Shown in pieces: positions 41,111-55,558 of a DNA stretch of 64,000 nt (its first letter is position 1; the number at the start of each line of letters is the position of its first letter). A program made the position numbers and the translations under genes. The stretch spans positions 156,736,001-156,800,000 of the forward strand of contig OX597816.1 of NCBI GenBank assembly GCA_951406725.2. The letters are read 5' to 3'. The DNA comes from Octopus vulgaris (Eukaryota). A model generated the notes under the pieces. It searched no databases. It was not told the origin of the DNA and saw only the letters and a program-made list of their open reading frames with translations.

Positions 41111-41618
41111 ATAACCAAAATGTAAGAAACAAGAATGGATCCGGTAATTTAGTACAATTTTTTCATACTATAACAATTTATTAAAGCTGCAAATATTACA
41201 ACAAATATAATATGTCAAGTAATCTTCAGCTAATTCCATATACGTTTTCCAATAATGTAAAGTTCTCAAATCAATTAGTAACATCTTAGAGAGTGTAAAT
41301 ATACCGATAAAGTTGTAGATGTTTCAGGAACTTGAAGTAAGATGCCAGGCAAACCAAGATTGAGTTCATATATGCCTGGCATCTTACTTCAAATTTCTGA
41401 AACTCACATCTACAACTTTATCGGTATATTTACACTCTCTAAGATGTTACTAATTGATTTGAGAACTTTACATTATTGGAAAACCGATATGAAATTAGCT
41501 GAAGATTACTTGACATATTATATTTGCTGTAATATTTGCAGCTTTAATAAATTGTTATAGTACGAAACAATTGTACTAAATTACCGGATCCATTCTTGTT
41601 GCTTATTTTTTTGGTTAT
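41111..41618. repeat. Long inverted repeat: ~240-bp arms (41111-41351 / 41373-41618), 21-nt spacer, between (TA)n tracts
   Basis: Arms are near-perfect reverse complements over their whole length. Confidence 0.93.
41495..41579 (+). ncRNA. Type-I hammerhead ribozyme in the right arm of the inverted repeat (mutated mirror copy on minus strand in the left arm)
   Basis: TTAG-CTGAAGA-tTACT...AGTAc-GAAA-CAATTG-TA-CTAA; palindromic ACAATTGT; GUA triplet. Confidence 0.75.
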
Positions 41619-41716
41619 AATCACCCCACGTAATTTTATGGGTAATACCATAAAATATTCTGGTGCATCTAAATTAAATACCATATTCATTTGAATCTAA
41701 ATTGTTTTGCTGAACT

Positions 41717-41747
<31 letters not shown>

Positions 41748-42197
41748 TTTGTGTGCATGTATATTTATATATGGGTTTGTATTTTTGTGAGTACGTAAAC
41801 ATAAACGCATTTACTGTATCCATTGTTTTCAAAATGTTTTAAAACACCACAGTGCGTAGTCGCTATTTTTGTATCAACAATCATCGAACAGAGAAGGTAT
41901 ATCCCTACTGGTAAGTTTCCAGATTGGCTGGCAAAATATGAGAATAAAATTTTGGAAATAGGAATATTTCAGATAATTAAAAATTGGTACTGTGCTTTTG
42001 GAAAAGTCGGTGTTTCAATGAAAATGTCTTTACAAACAAATTGCATTTGTTTTGGAATGTGCGTACTCAAATACATATAAGCATACTCCCATCCACGTGG
42101 TCGCGTGCCGCCGGCTAGCAGGTCTGATGAGTCGTGTTTATTGCTGGAAACAACAAGAGGCATAAAGCCTATGACTGACCAGGCATATAACGACTAC

Positions 42198-42282
<85 letters not shown>

Positions 42283-42283
42283 T

Positions 42284-42350
<67 letters not shown>

Positions 42351-42353
<3 letters not shown>

Positions 42354-42760
42354 CGCAGGAGTGGCTGTGTGTTAAGTAGCTTGCTTACGAACAACATGGT
42401 TCCGGGTTCAGTCACACTGCGTGGCACCTTGGGTAAGTGTCTTCTACTATAGCCTCGGGCCGACCAAAGCCTTGTGAGTGGATTTGGTAGACGGAAACTG
42501 AAAGAAGCCCGTCGTATATATGTATATATATATGTGTGTATGTGCGTGTTTGTGTGTCTGTGTTTGTCCCCTTCAACATCGCTTGACAACCGATGCTGGT
42601 GTGTATATGCTCTCGTAACCTAGCGGTTCGGCAAAAAGAGACCGATAAAATAATTACTAGGCTTACAAAGAATAAGTCCTGGAGTAGATTTGATCGACTA
42701 AAGGCGGTGCTCCATCATGGCCACAGTCACATGACTGAAACAAGTAAAAGAGTAAAAGAG
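42351..42760 (+). mobile_element. tRNA-derived SINE, family B, full length
   Basis: A box TGGCTGTGTG, B box GGTTCAGTC, CACCTTGGGTAAGT, internal TA/TG tract, (GTAAAAGA)n tail; many copies in the window. Confidence 0.88.
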
Positions 42761-43226
42761 TATATATATATATATACTGAGCTGTCGACTCACAAGGCTC
42801 TTTATTCTCAATAAAAGTCTTCTAGCCTTAGATCTGTTGTTGATGATAAGAAGGTAGGTAAAAAAGTAAGAAATGAATTACACACCAATGACCTCCAACC
42901 GTGTTCCATGTCACTCCAGAATTGTAGTTATTCTTCTCTTAGCAAATTCTCGCTGCAATAGTGGTATCATGAAATTCTTTCATTCTCTAACTCTGATAAA
43001 ATATTTGAGAAAAATTATATTAATATATCTTTGATGAAAATCCATATTTCTCGCAACTGAAGATGGCATTTTATTTAAATTGATGTAATTCTTGCATTGT
43101 TCAATTAAATGGAGCTGCTTGAAACTGTCGTATTGCACTAACACTTGGCATCAGGTTACGTTTTTGATTATATATATATATATATGTGTGTGTGAATGTG
43201 TGTGTATATATATATATATATATATA

Positions 43227-43657
43227 GAAAATAGTAAAAAGTGAAAAAACTACAGAAGGCTTGTTTTAAAAGGTTAAAAAATATATATTTGAGTCAATAT
43301 GTCTGAAGAATGTTATAAATATTTTTCATACAATGACATAGTTTTAGAAGAAATGACCGGTTTCGCGTTCAGCTTTTCAAATTTCTTACATCGTTATGTT
43401 TACGTTGAGTAGAGATCCAGATAAAGGGAGGTAATAAGTGATTTCTTCCGGTTTAAGGGAGATATTCGCTTAAAATTTCTTGCCTTTCTTTTGGACTGAG
43501 TTTCTCTGTATAAGTATGTTGAAATGGTTAAGTTTGGGCTTGTATTTTTCAAATATATATTTTTTAACCTTTTAAAACAAGCCTTCTGTAGTTTTTTCAC
43601 TTTTTACTATTTTCTATATATTCAACCACGTGCTTTCACACACCAACTTTCTCACCT
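43227..43657 (-). mobile_element. PLE-derived mini-element with inverted terminal copy
   Basis: 66-bp perfect inverted repeats 43227-43292 / 43549-43614; minus strand encodes IFEKYKPKLNH, then 3' UTR and HHR; (TA)n on both sides; homologous to 12185-12641. Confidence 0.8.
43348..43387 (-). ncRNA. Minimal type-I hammerhead ribozyme, U3-A8 variant
   Basis: AAGAAAT-TTGAAAA-GC-tgaac-GC-GAAA-CCGG-TC-ATTTCTT: perfect 7-bp stem I, GUC triplet, palindromic ACCGGT. Confidence 0.85.
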
Positions 43658-44081
43658 ATATATATATATATATATACGTATACATACACACACACACACA
43701 CACATATGTATGAGAGTGAGTATGGAGGGATGATCTATCCGGGCGGATACCGTATTTGCCCTCAGTTAAGTTCCAGTTAACGGCTAACAACAACGATCCT
43801 TACCTAACGTCTATATATTTATTCTTCCGAAGGGTAATTCTATGTACTGTTCGCTGGACAGTAAAACTTGTCTGTAATATATAATACGATCAGACCTTCA
43901 AGAGATATATACATAATTCAAGATAGGCAACGCTCCAGCAATATTTGAGCTTGATATAACGAATAGATAAAATAACCTAAACATAAAAATATTTAATAAC
44001 ATCATTAATAAAAACAAAACAAATACTTTACCCAATATATAACACAATTCATGATCAGCCCAGGCAAAAAATGAATTTATA

Positions 44082-44305
44082 CAGGTGTTGGACAAAATAA
44101 TGGTTACACCTAGGATATTAGCATCATAATTTTGAAATATCTATAAAACCGTCAAAACATGTTTATTATTTTGTTTGTTTTTTTTAATTTATTATTAGTG
44201 TTGATTAATATGTTACGTTAAAATTGCTGTTTCCTTTCAGATATCATCAGAAAAAGGTAGTTAAAATTCATTAAAATGACATATCTATCGGACTTTCAAC
44301 GAGTG
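44082..44305 (+). mobile_element. 5' fragment of the same Tc1 family as 30632-31904
   Basis: TA-CAGGTGTTGGACAAAATAATGG, shared leader and first transposase codons (ATGACATATCTATCGGACTTTCAACGA). Confidence 0.85.
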
Positions 44306-44324
44306 TTATTTCTTATGTATACAT

Positions 44325-44737
44325 CTCTTTTACTCTTTTACTCTTTTACTTGTTTCAGTCATTTGACTGCGGCCATGCTGGAGCACCGCCTTTAGTCGAG
44401 CAAGTCGACCCCGGAACTTATTCTTTGTAAGCCCAGTACTTATTCTATCGGTCTCTTTTGCCGAACCGCTAATGGCGGGGACGTAAACACACCAGCATCG
44501 GTTGTCAAGCAATGCTAGAGGGACAAACACAGACACACAAACACACACACGCATATATATATATACATAAATACGACAGGCTTCTTTCAGTTTCTGTCTA
44601 CCAAATCCACTCACAAGGCATTGGTCGACCCGGGGCTATAGCAGAAGACACTTGCCCAAGTTGCCACGCAGTGGGACTGAACCCGGAACCATGTGGTTGG
44701 TTAGCAAGCTACTTACCACACAGCCACTCCTGCGCCT
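44325..44737 (-). mobile_element. SINE family B, full length
   Basis: Reverse complement of 42351-42760; flanking direct repeat TATGTATACATCT. Confidence 0.88.
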
Positions 44738-47016
44738 GTATATGTATACATCTGCATGTATACATATACATATATCTTGTATTTTGTACCCAAACTATTA
44801 TATACAATATATTTAATATATTTGCTATTTTTAATGAACCTAGTTCGTTTATCCGCACAATTGCCTCCCGTACCCGCTCAAATTAATCTCTCTTACAGCC
44901 TTTCTTTACCTGGTGGAATTGATCCCCTGTAAGTTTGAACATTTTTTGAGAACTACAGTCTTCTATACTGAGAATTTCTTGATCACATCTGCAGGCTTTA
45001 TATATGTGTGTAGGGGGTGTTTGTGTGTGTGAGTGTCCGTCAGTCCTTCAGTAACAACAAACTTTGATAAACTGAGTGGTTACTACTGAATTCATGCCAC
45101 GACACACAGAGAAGATGTTCTTGGAGCCGATACTTTGAACTTAAGAAGACATTATCTCTCGATGAAATACAACTAGAACTCATAATGCAGGGTAACGATT
45201 GCATGATCAAGTATCTGTACTACGTTGCGTAGAAACAATTGTAGTGATTGAAAAAATACATATAGAATCACACTTACACGCCTTTTGATTACTTGTACGC
45301 ATAGTTACTAATATATATATATATATATATAGGTACGCCGAAAGGTTACTATTCTAAGTGCAGAAAGCAGAAAAGATTTGAAGGACGTACAATTCCAGTT
45401 CCAATATCATGCTTGGAACATAGTCTTGTGTTTGTGATAGTATTATAATTGCGTTTGAAGGTATTACACGGCATGCGAAGTGGAACCTTCTGAGTATCAA
45501 GCTTAGTGAGTCAAGAAGGAACATTTTTTTAAATTTACTCAAATGGGCCCCAAAGAAATTAAACAGTCTTTTATATTGTGCAAAGGGTACGAATATTGGA
45601 ATAACTTTGGAAGCATATGTAAAACCCAATACTTGGATAGAGAGCTGATCTACATCAAAGAACCTTAATACAGAGATATTTGACGCTTCGATGTGCTCTT
45701 GTAACAGTATTGAAAGATATGATCTGGTCAGCATTTGTAAACTAGATCGAATAAAACAGAGGCACAGATAAAGGATTTGGAGGTGAGAACGAGATCAAGT
45801 GTCTTTGGCGGATCGACCGTTCTAGTAGTTATTACTTAGGCACAGTTATCTAGAATTTTGAATCCTAATGAATTTTTAGTCTTAGATTGAGCAACATCAA
45901 GTGGTATGTGAGCGATAGCGAGGAGAAATTCCCGTGATCACTTCTGACCAGATTATGTGAAATCCCTTTCCTTGATGTAGAAAAAAGATTATCAAGCCAC
46001 AACTTTGAACATTCAAGTGTTTATCCAGTTTATATTAATCATGCTGGAGTGGAGACAAACATATTTGTATTTCATAAATGATATTTTGAAAATATTAATT
46101 AATTAATTGAAAAGTCTGAATTAATCAAAGAATAAATTGCTATATTTATTCATTTTTATATTTAAATATAGACAAACAGAACGTATAGAGAAAAAATGTA
46201 TTGTGAAATAGAAGCTATATAATCTACGAGCATATTTCACTTCTAGGAATGAAATCAATATTTATAACTAAACCATTTCTGTCCCCATGTCGATTTATCC
46301 CCAAATTCTCACAAGATGTAGCGAGTATGTAAACGAAAATGCATTCTATAATTAGTCACTGTGTGTCGTGTGCTTCTTATGGAAACTGTTTTATCGGAAT
46401 TAATGTTTATTTCGGAAGCTCTCTATGTAAAAGACATAGTGGGGATGAAGAAGTTGGCTGTCATTAGATTATTATCCAGTTCAACTGAAGAGACAGATGT
46501 CATAGAAATTCAGCTTATTTTAAAGAATTCTTGCATTATTAGAACATAGGATTTGACAGCTACATTATATTCAAGAATTGTATGTTTGTTGCACTTCTTT
46601 TATATTTTTGAAAATTAAGCATTAGAAAACAGGACTCAAACTGAGTTGTTCGGCACGTATAACTAAATGTATAAAGGCGTGTTTCTTTGTATTAATATAT
46701 CTTTGAATAAACACATATTAATTCACATATATCTATCTATCAATCAATATGTTTATGGAAATGAAAAGTATGAATATTTATACACACTACAGCAGGTATT
46801 TACGAAAAATTGTGCTGTCAGTTGTGGACTTATGTATCCATCAGTTGGTGATTAACTCAATTGACTCGAGATAGAAAGCTGAATAGGTATTTTGGTCTCC
46901 ATGACTACCTTTAACCTATATTCATGCTTCAAAATGAAGCATCTACTGAAATGAATAATGTCCGACATCCCTCAATACAAATCCCTATTGGATGGATTCT
47001 GAGTCGTACTTAGCAC

Positions 47017-47062
<46 letters not shown>

Positions 47063-47289
47063 GCACGCACGCACACACACACACAAATATATATATGTAT
47101 ACATATATATATATGTATATTAAATATATATATTTGCACACATGTATATATATATTTGCACACACACGCGCACACATGTATATATATACGGAAGTATGTG
47201 TGTCTATTTCTGAATCTATGTGTGCGTGTTTTTGTATCTGTGTGTGTTTATACGTATACATATATTATGTATATATATATTCCTTGTTT

Positions 47290-47745
47290 CTTGTATTCTT
47301 TTACACGTTTTAGTCATTTGATTGCGGCCATACTGGAGAATTGCTTTGAAGGGTTTTAGACGAAGAAATCTACCCTAGGACTTACCTTTTGAAAACTAGT
47401 ACTTATTGTATCGGTCTCTTCTGCCGAACTGCCATGTTCCAGGGACGTAAAAAATACCGGTTGTAAAGTGATGATGGGTGGGGGACAAACACAGACGCAG
47501 GCACACAAACAAATACACGTGTGTGTGTGTGTGTGTGTGTACATATGTATATATTCTTTTATTCTTGTATTCTTTTACACGTCTCATTGGACTGTAGCCA
47601 AATTGGAGCATAGCGTTGAAGGGTTTTAGTCGAAGAAATTAAACCCAGGACTTATTCTATCGACGTCTTTTGCCGAACCCCTAAGTTACGGGGACGTAAA
47701 CACACGAGCATCAGTTGTCAAGCGATGGTGAGGGGACAAGCACAG
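47290..47745 (-). mobile_element. Two tandem 3' fragments of SINE family B
   Basis: Repeated GAAGGGTTTTAG.CGAAGAAAT...TGCCGAAC...GGGACGTAAA...GGGGACAA. Confidence 0.7.
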
Positions 47746-47761
47746 GCATATACACATGCAT

Positions 47762-47812
<51 letters not shown>

Positions 47813-47814
47813 AC

Positions 47815-47977
47815 TACAGCGAAAGAGTACAGCAGGGATCGCCACCATCCCCTGCCGGAGCTTCGTGGAGTTTTAAGTGTTTTCGCTCAATAAACACCTA
47901 CAATAACCGGTCTGAGAATCAAAACCGCCATCCTACAACCGCGCGTCCGCTGCCCTAACCACTAGTCCATTGCGCCT

Positions 47978-47979
<2 letters not shown>
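47815..47979 (-). mobile_element. tRNA-derived SINE, family D (partial)
   Basis: Minus strand GGAGGCGCAATGGACTAGTGGTTAGGGCAGCGGAC...GGTTTTGATTC tRNA-like head followed by a non-tRNA body. Confidence 0.6.
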
Positions 47980-48040
<61 letters not shown>

Positions 48041-48166
48041 CATACATACATACATACATTCATACATACATTCATACATACATACATACATACGTACATA
48101 CATACATTCATACATACATACGTACATACATACATGCATGCATGCATGCATACATACATACATACA

Positions 48167-48199
<33 letters not shown>

Positions 48200-48733
48200 G
48201 CGTTGTGTGTATATATATATATCTGTGTGTAAATATATACACACACACGTGGCGGCAGTCAAATGACTGAAACAAATAAAAGGGTGCTCATTTTCATGCG
48301 ACACAAGAATATTTTGTGGTTTTTGTTATTTGTTGCACTTTCGTAAGTCAAATTTCTCTGTCATCCTGTTTTCTTGTGTATATCGATAAATGAAATATAA
48401 TATCAAAACATCGCAGCATTTCATATTATGAGAAGAGGTGCCTTGTAGTATCTATTTCGGTTTGTTTTGTCCTTTATTGAAATGCTGCTTGGAGTCACAG
48501 GCAAAATTGTTTCGGCGAACCGATTAAAATTGTAATCGGTTTGGCATATCCTTAAGCAAGTGCTAATCTATATTTAGTTGGTTATTTGCCATACCAGCAC
48601 ACCCACTAGCGAGAAGAAGCCAAGTGATTTCCAACTGTCGTGATATTACTCAAGAAATATCACGTACAAACGTACACATACGCAGGAATACACACACAGA
48701 CACATACAAAGACATACACACACACAAATAGAC

Positions 48734-48779
<46 letters not shown>

Positions 48780-51145
48780 TGGCAACCAGTTCTAATGGGA
48801 AGTAAGTTCGTTTCAACGAATCTAGTGGTAATCAAATTTATTTCATGAGGATCAAATTGCTTGCGTATATTTTAATTAAGCAAAGCCTACTTGATCAAAC
48901 CCGCCCCCTACATCTCCGGTAACACACATATAATTAGTGTTGGTGCTTGTGTATTCGTGCAATTTCAACATCGATATGTATGACGTCATTGTATCGAAAC
49001 TATAATACTAGTGATTATGAATGCAACGCACTAACGACTGAGGCCCTGAAACTCCACGCAAACATACATACAAGCATACATACATACATACATACATACA
49101 TACATACATACATACATACATACATACGTACGTACATACATGCATACATACATACATACATACATACATACATACATACATACATACATACATACATACA
49201 TACATACATACATACATACATACATACATACGTGTTCTTCCACTTTTGATTGTCCTGTCGGTATGAAATGTACTGTTGTTGGATAACGCATTATATTTAT
49301 GTGCGAATTGTTTGGGTGTGGCAGAAAAGGTAGTTGTTGTGGTAGGAGAACAGACACGACGAAAGCCTGCTCAAGTTGATCAATGGTGATAGTTTCCTGC
49401 ATACGCTGAATGCTCAAAGCCATAGAAATTGGTTCAGCTTTTAAAACATGGTATGGGCCACAATAAACATCTATCAAGTGTTCGTACAAATACGTGAGTC
49501 AAGTTACTGATAGTGGGTTGAATAAAAGTTATTCGACTGAGGTTTTGTTCTTAATGCCGGTATCTCCGTCATGTACTTTCGCAGCTGATGAATATTGTTG
49601 GTTAGGACTAATAATTTGTAGGTAAGTGGTATTTCGTTATGCAACAATAATATACAATAAAGTATATTAACTGCGTTTATAAGTAAATACCACGTTCTAC
49701 TACGTTAGCATATGCTTTTTACATTATTTTGTTAAGGTTATTTGTAAAGATATTTCATAACAATTATAGCTAGCACTGATTGTTTTCTACAAAGTTTTGT
49801 AGTTGTAAACAATGTGATCGTTGACAAAAATAGGTAATGAGTGTGTGCGCCTTTCATCAGTACTCATCTAACCCATTCTCGACTCGAAAACATTTCTTAT
49901 ATAGCCACCGCATACGACGGTGTTAAGTTATTGGATATACCAATCTACATATTAAACACATTCCAGGAGCTGGTACGTAAAGACTAATGATTTGTAGGAA
50001 CGTATTTTGCTATGCTAACAATATATAATAAAGTATATTAAATGCTTTTATGAGTTAATACCACGTTCTTGGTAACTTGTAGCCATTTTTATTTGACCAG
50101 TCATTTTATGTGACGAACCATACAGTAATTCTACCAAAGAGTAACCTAGGTCTTCCTTAACAGTGGCACATCATCTCAAGAACACAATCCTCAGGGCATG
50201 TAAACTGCTATTGGAATCGAAATATGATAGTAAAGCTGCTTTCAACAGTCGATAAACGACATTCAATCATTCCGTTAGACTTGAAGTGGTAAGCAAAGTT
50301 AAATAGGTCGGCAAAAAGACTGGATTCGAACGGACGACTCATGTCAGTCAATATTTTCATAATAATGCACCAGATGACATTTATTCAAAATGTAAACAGG
50401 GCGATTTATAACTGCAACAAAAACAGAAAACAAAGCAGCAACATCTTTGAACAAAGTAGAAACATTTACTTTGAATTCTTTGTGAATATGTCAATAACAC
50501 AACATAACACTAAGAATTCAAAAGTTGTATCACCACCGATATAGTTCAAGTTTTTCTTAGAAACCGACATAACACGAAAAAGAAATAATGATATACATAG
50601 AAATGTTCGAGTGAAAGAAAGATTTATTTTTTTTAAATAAGACATTGATGCGACGCTTATAAATGACAGTTTTTTAAACATACATTTATCTTTTCGCTAT
50701 TCCATCTCTATTTTCGGTAACACAAAACGAACAATGGTGTTAAGAAAAAGACAAAACTGAACGTTTGAACATGTATTGTTGTAGCAAATTTATCAATCTC
50801 TCCCTTTCCCTACCAATCAATCTAGCTAGCTACTTAGCTACATACATACCTAACTACTTATGTATCACAATTTCTAATAATATAGACATTCTCTTTTTTT
50901 CCTCTTTCCCTCTCTTTCTCCCTTTTCTCATGTGTTTTCCCTTTCTAGTTTTCACTGATTCCATTATCCATGTTTCATTTCTATATTTGCTTCCCTTTGT
51001 CACCTTCCATCCTCTTTCTATATATATTTTTCTACATTAGAGCTATAACTTTTCTTAAATGGCGTAGGCCTGACACACAACGAAAACAGACAAAAACAGG
51101 AAGAATGTAATAATAATAATAATAATTATCATTATTATTATTATT

Positions 51146-51209
<64 letters not shown>

Positions 51210-51214
51210 CCACC

Positions 51215-51287
<73 letters not shown>

Positions 51288-51291
51288 ACAA

Positions 51292-51351
<60 letters not shown>

Positions 51352-51360
51352 AATAATAAT

Positions 51361-51775
51361 TCCCTAATGCAGTACCAGGCAGTGGCTCTCGTGGCTTCTC
51401 ATCTTAACCGATTGGAAGTGTTATCATGTACATTGTTTTGTCTTGGTATAAAAGATGGGCTACTGTAAATATTCTGTTCAACATCACATATTTGCTTGTC
51501 GGTTGTTTCACCTTTACCAGTTGAGCATGTCCCTTAGTGGCTGATGATATGTGCATCTCTGATCACGAGCAGAAGTAGTGGCGGAGCATTATAGCCATGT
51601 ATTGAGAAGAATTCTATGGGGTTTGGATAATTCACCTCTGGAAACATGGTTGTTTAGTTCAACATACTTAAATAACCCTTATTCAAGGACATTTTCATTG
51701 TGATGGACTACCTTACACGAAGAAAAATTTTAACTATCCTTCACCTGCAAGTTCATGCGCTGTTAATCTTGATAT
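51361..51775. mobile_element. ~555-bp (AAT)n-associated repeat (copy 3, cut by the gap)
   Basis: Collinear with 26344-26757. Confidence 0.85.
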
Positions 51776-51875
51776 NNNNNNNNNNNNNNNNNNNNNNNNN
51801 NNNNNNNNNNNNNNNNNNNNNNNNNNNNNNNNNNNNNNNNNNNNNNNNNNNNNNNNNNNNNNNNNNNNNNNNNNN
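51776..51875. other. Assembly gap (100 N)
   Basis: Run of 100 n. Confidence 1.
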
Positions 51876-54806
51876 TGTAAATATATACACACACACGTGG
51901 CGGCAGTCAAATGACTGAAACAAATAAAAGGGTGCTCATTTTCATGCGACACAAGAATATTTTGTGGTTTTTGTTATTTGTTGCACTTTCGTAAGTCAAA
52001 TTTCTCTGTCATCCTGTTTTCTTGTGTATATCGATAAATGAAATATAATATCAAAACATCGCAGCATTTCATATTATGAGAAGAGGTGCCTTGTAGTATC
52101 TATTTCGGTTTGTTTTGTCCTTTATTGAAATGCTGCTTGGAGTCACAGGCAAAATTGTTTCGGCGAACCGATTAAAATTGTAATCGGTTTGGCATATCCT
52201 TAAGCAAGTGCTAATCTATATTTAGTTGGTTATTTGCCATACCAGCACACCCACTAGCGAGAAGAAGCCAAGTGATTTCCAACTGTCGTGATATTACTCA
52301 AGAAATATCACGTACAAACGTACACATACGCAGGAATACACACACAGACACATACAAAGACATACACACACACAAATAGACGCAAACACACACACACACA
52401 CACACACACATACTGGCAACCAGTTCTAATGGGAAGTAAGTTCGTTTCAACGAATCTAGTGGTAATCAAATTTATTTCATGAGGATCAAATTGCTTGCGT
52501 ATATTTTAATTAAGCAAAGCCTACTTGATCAAACCCGCCCCCTACATCTCCGGTAACACACATATAATTAGTGTTGGTGCTTGTGTATTCGTGCAATTTC
52601 AACATCGATATGTATGACGTCATTGTATCGAAACTATAATACTAGTGATTATGAATGCAACGCACTAACGACTGAGGCCCTGAACCTCCACGCAAACGTA
52701 CATACAAGCATACATACATACATACATACATACATACATACATACATACATACATACATACATACATACATACATACGTACGTACGTACGTACATACATG
52801 CATACATACATACATACATACATACATACATACATACATACATACATACATACATACATACATACATACATACATACATACATACATACGTGTTCTTCCA
52901 CTTTTGATTGTCCTGTCGGTATGAAATGTACTGTTGTTGGATAACGCATTATATTTATGTGCGAATTGTTTGGGTGTGGCAGAAAAGGTAGTTGTTGTGG
53001 TAGGAGAACAGACACGACGAAAGCCTGCTCAAGTTGATCAATGGTGATAGTTTCCTGCATACGCTGAATGCTCAAAGCCATAGAAATTGGTTCAGCTTTT
53101 AAAACATGGTATGGGCCACAATAAACATCTATCAAGTGTTCGTACAAATACGTGAGTCAAGTTACTGATAGTGGGTTGAATAAAAGTTATTCGACTGAGG
53201 TTTTGTTCTTAATGCCGGTATCTCCGTCATGTACTTTCGCAGCTGATGAATATTGTTGGTTAGGACTAATAATTTGTAGGTAAGTGGTATTTCGTTATGC
53301 AACAATAATATACAATAAAGTATATTAACTGCGTTTATAAGTAAATACCACGTTCTACTACGTTAGCATATGCTTTTTACATTATTTTGTTAAGGTTATT
53401 TGTAAAGATATTTCATAACAATTATAGCTAGCACTGATTGTTTTCTACAAAGTTTTGTAGTTGTAAACAATGTGATCGTTGACAAAAATAGGTAATGAGT
53501 GTGTGCGCCTTTCATCAGTACTCATCTAACCCATTCTCGACTCGAAAACATTTCTTATATAGCCACCGCATACGACGGTGTTAAGTTATTGGATATACCA
53601 ATCTACATATTAAACACATTCCAGGAGCTGGTACGTAAAGACTAATGATTTGTAGGAACGTATTTTGCTATGCTAACAATATATAATAAAGTATATTAAA
53701 TGCTTTTATGAGTTAATACCACGTTCTTGGTAACTTGTAGCCATTTTTATTTGACCAGTCATTTTATGTGACGAACCATACAGTAATTCTACCAAAGAGT
53801 AACCTAGGTCTTCCTTAACAGTGGCACATCATCTCAAGAACACAATCCTCAGGGCATGTAAACTGCTATTGGAATCGAAATATGATAGTAAAGCTGCTTT
53901 CAACAGTCGATAAACGACATTCAATCATTCCGTTAGACTTGAAGTGGTAAGCAAAGTTAAATAGGTCGGCAAAAAGACTGGATTCGAACGGACGACTCAT
54001 GTCAGTCAATATTTTCATAATAATGCACCAGATGACATTTATTCAAAATGTAAACAGGGCGATTTATAACTGCAACAAAAACAGAAAACAAAGCAGCAAC
54101 ATCTTTGAACAAAGTAGAAACATTTACTTTGAATTCTTTGTGAATATGTCAATAACACAACATAACACTAAGAATTCAAAAGTTGTATCACCACCGATAT
54201 AGTTCAAGTTTTTCTTAGAAACCGACATAACACGAAAAAGAAATAATGATATACATAGAAATGTTCGAGTGAAAGAAAGATTTATTTTTTTTAAATAAGA
54301 CATTGATGCGACGCTTATAAATGACAGTTTTTTAAACATACATTTATCTTTTCGCTATTCCATCTCTATTTTCGGTAACACAAAACGAACAATGGTGTTA
54401 AGAAAAAGACAAAACTGAACGTTTGAACATGTATTGTTGTAGCAAATTTATCAATCTCTCCCTTTCCCTACCAATCAATCTAGCTAGCTACTTAGCTACA
54501 TACATACCTAACTACTTATGTATCACAATTTCTAATAATATAGACATTCTCTTTTTTTCCTCTTTCCCTCTCTTTCTCCCTTTTCTCATGTGTTTTCCCT
54601 TTCTAGTTTTCACTGATTCCATTATCCATGTTTCATTTCTATATTTGCTTCCCTTTGTCACCTTCCATCCTCTTTCTATATATATTTTTCTACATTAGAG
54701 CTATAACTTTTCTTAAATGGCGTAGGCCTGACACACAACGAAAACAGACAAAAACAGGAAGAATGTAATAATAATAATAATAATTATCATTATTATTATT
54801 ATTTTT

Positions 54807-54861
<55 letters not shown>

Positions 54862-54866
54862 CCACC

Positions 54867-54942
<76 letters not shown>

Positions 54943-54949
54943 ACAACAA

Positions 54950-54994
<45 letters not shown>

Positions 54995-55003
54995 AATAAT
55001 AAT

Positions 55004-55558
55004 TCCCTAATGCAGTACCAGGCAGTGGCTCTCGTGGCTTCTCATCTTAACCGATTGGAAGTGTTATCATGTACATTGTTTTGTCTTGGTATAAAAGATG
55101 GGCTACTGTAAATATTCTGTTCAACATCACATATTTGCTTGTCGGTTGTTTCACCTTTACCAGTTGAGCATGTCCCTTAGTGGCTGATGATATGTGCATC
55201 TCTGATCACGAGCAGAAGTAGTGGCGGAGCATTATAGCCATGTATTGAGAAGAATTCTATGGGGTTTGGATAATTCACCTCTGGAAACATGGTTGTTTAG
55301 TTCAACATACTTAAATAACCCTTATTCAAGGACATTTTCAGTGTGATGGACTACCTTACACGAAGAAAAATTTTAACTATCCTTCACCTGCAAGTTCATG
55401 CGCTGTTAATCTTGATATGAGATCACCATGTCGCGCACATATGGTTGTGATGTATGTGCCTAGTGTTCACTGATCAGACGGGGAGTCATGCTGAATATAT
55501 TGCGCTTCGTATGCTTTATCCCAGTGTCATTTTGATGGCATGCACTGCTCTTATACTC
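55004..55558. mobile_element. ~555-bp (AAT)n-associated repeat (complete version of copy 3)
   Basis: Collinear with 26344-26897; followed by (CAA)/(AAT)n. Confidence 0.85.

Larger units (their letters stand above)
48228..55418 (+). repeat. ~3.55-kb near-identical direct duplication (48228-51775 and 51876-55418) across an N gap
   Basis: Copies differ mainly in microsatellite lengths and a few substitutions; duplicated ORF calls in the track. Confidence 0.95.

Noticed and set aside
42121-42196. CTGATGA-GTCGT...ACGAC resembling the 5' half of a hammerhead
   Set aside because: The GAAA box and stems III/I do not follow the closing ACGAC; at best a truncated relic
45354-45734. 126-aa minus-strand ORF in non-repetitive sequence
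   Set aside because: No recognisable motif or splice context; cannot support a gene call
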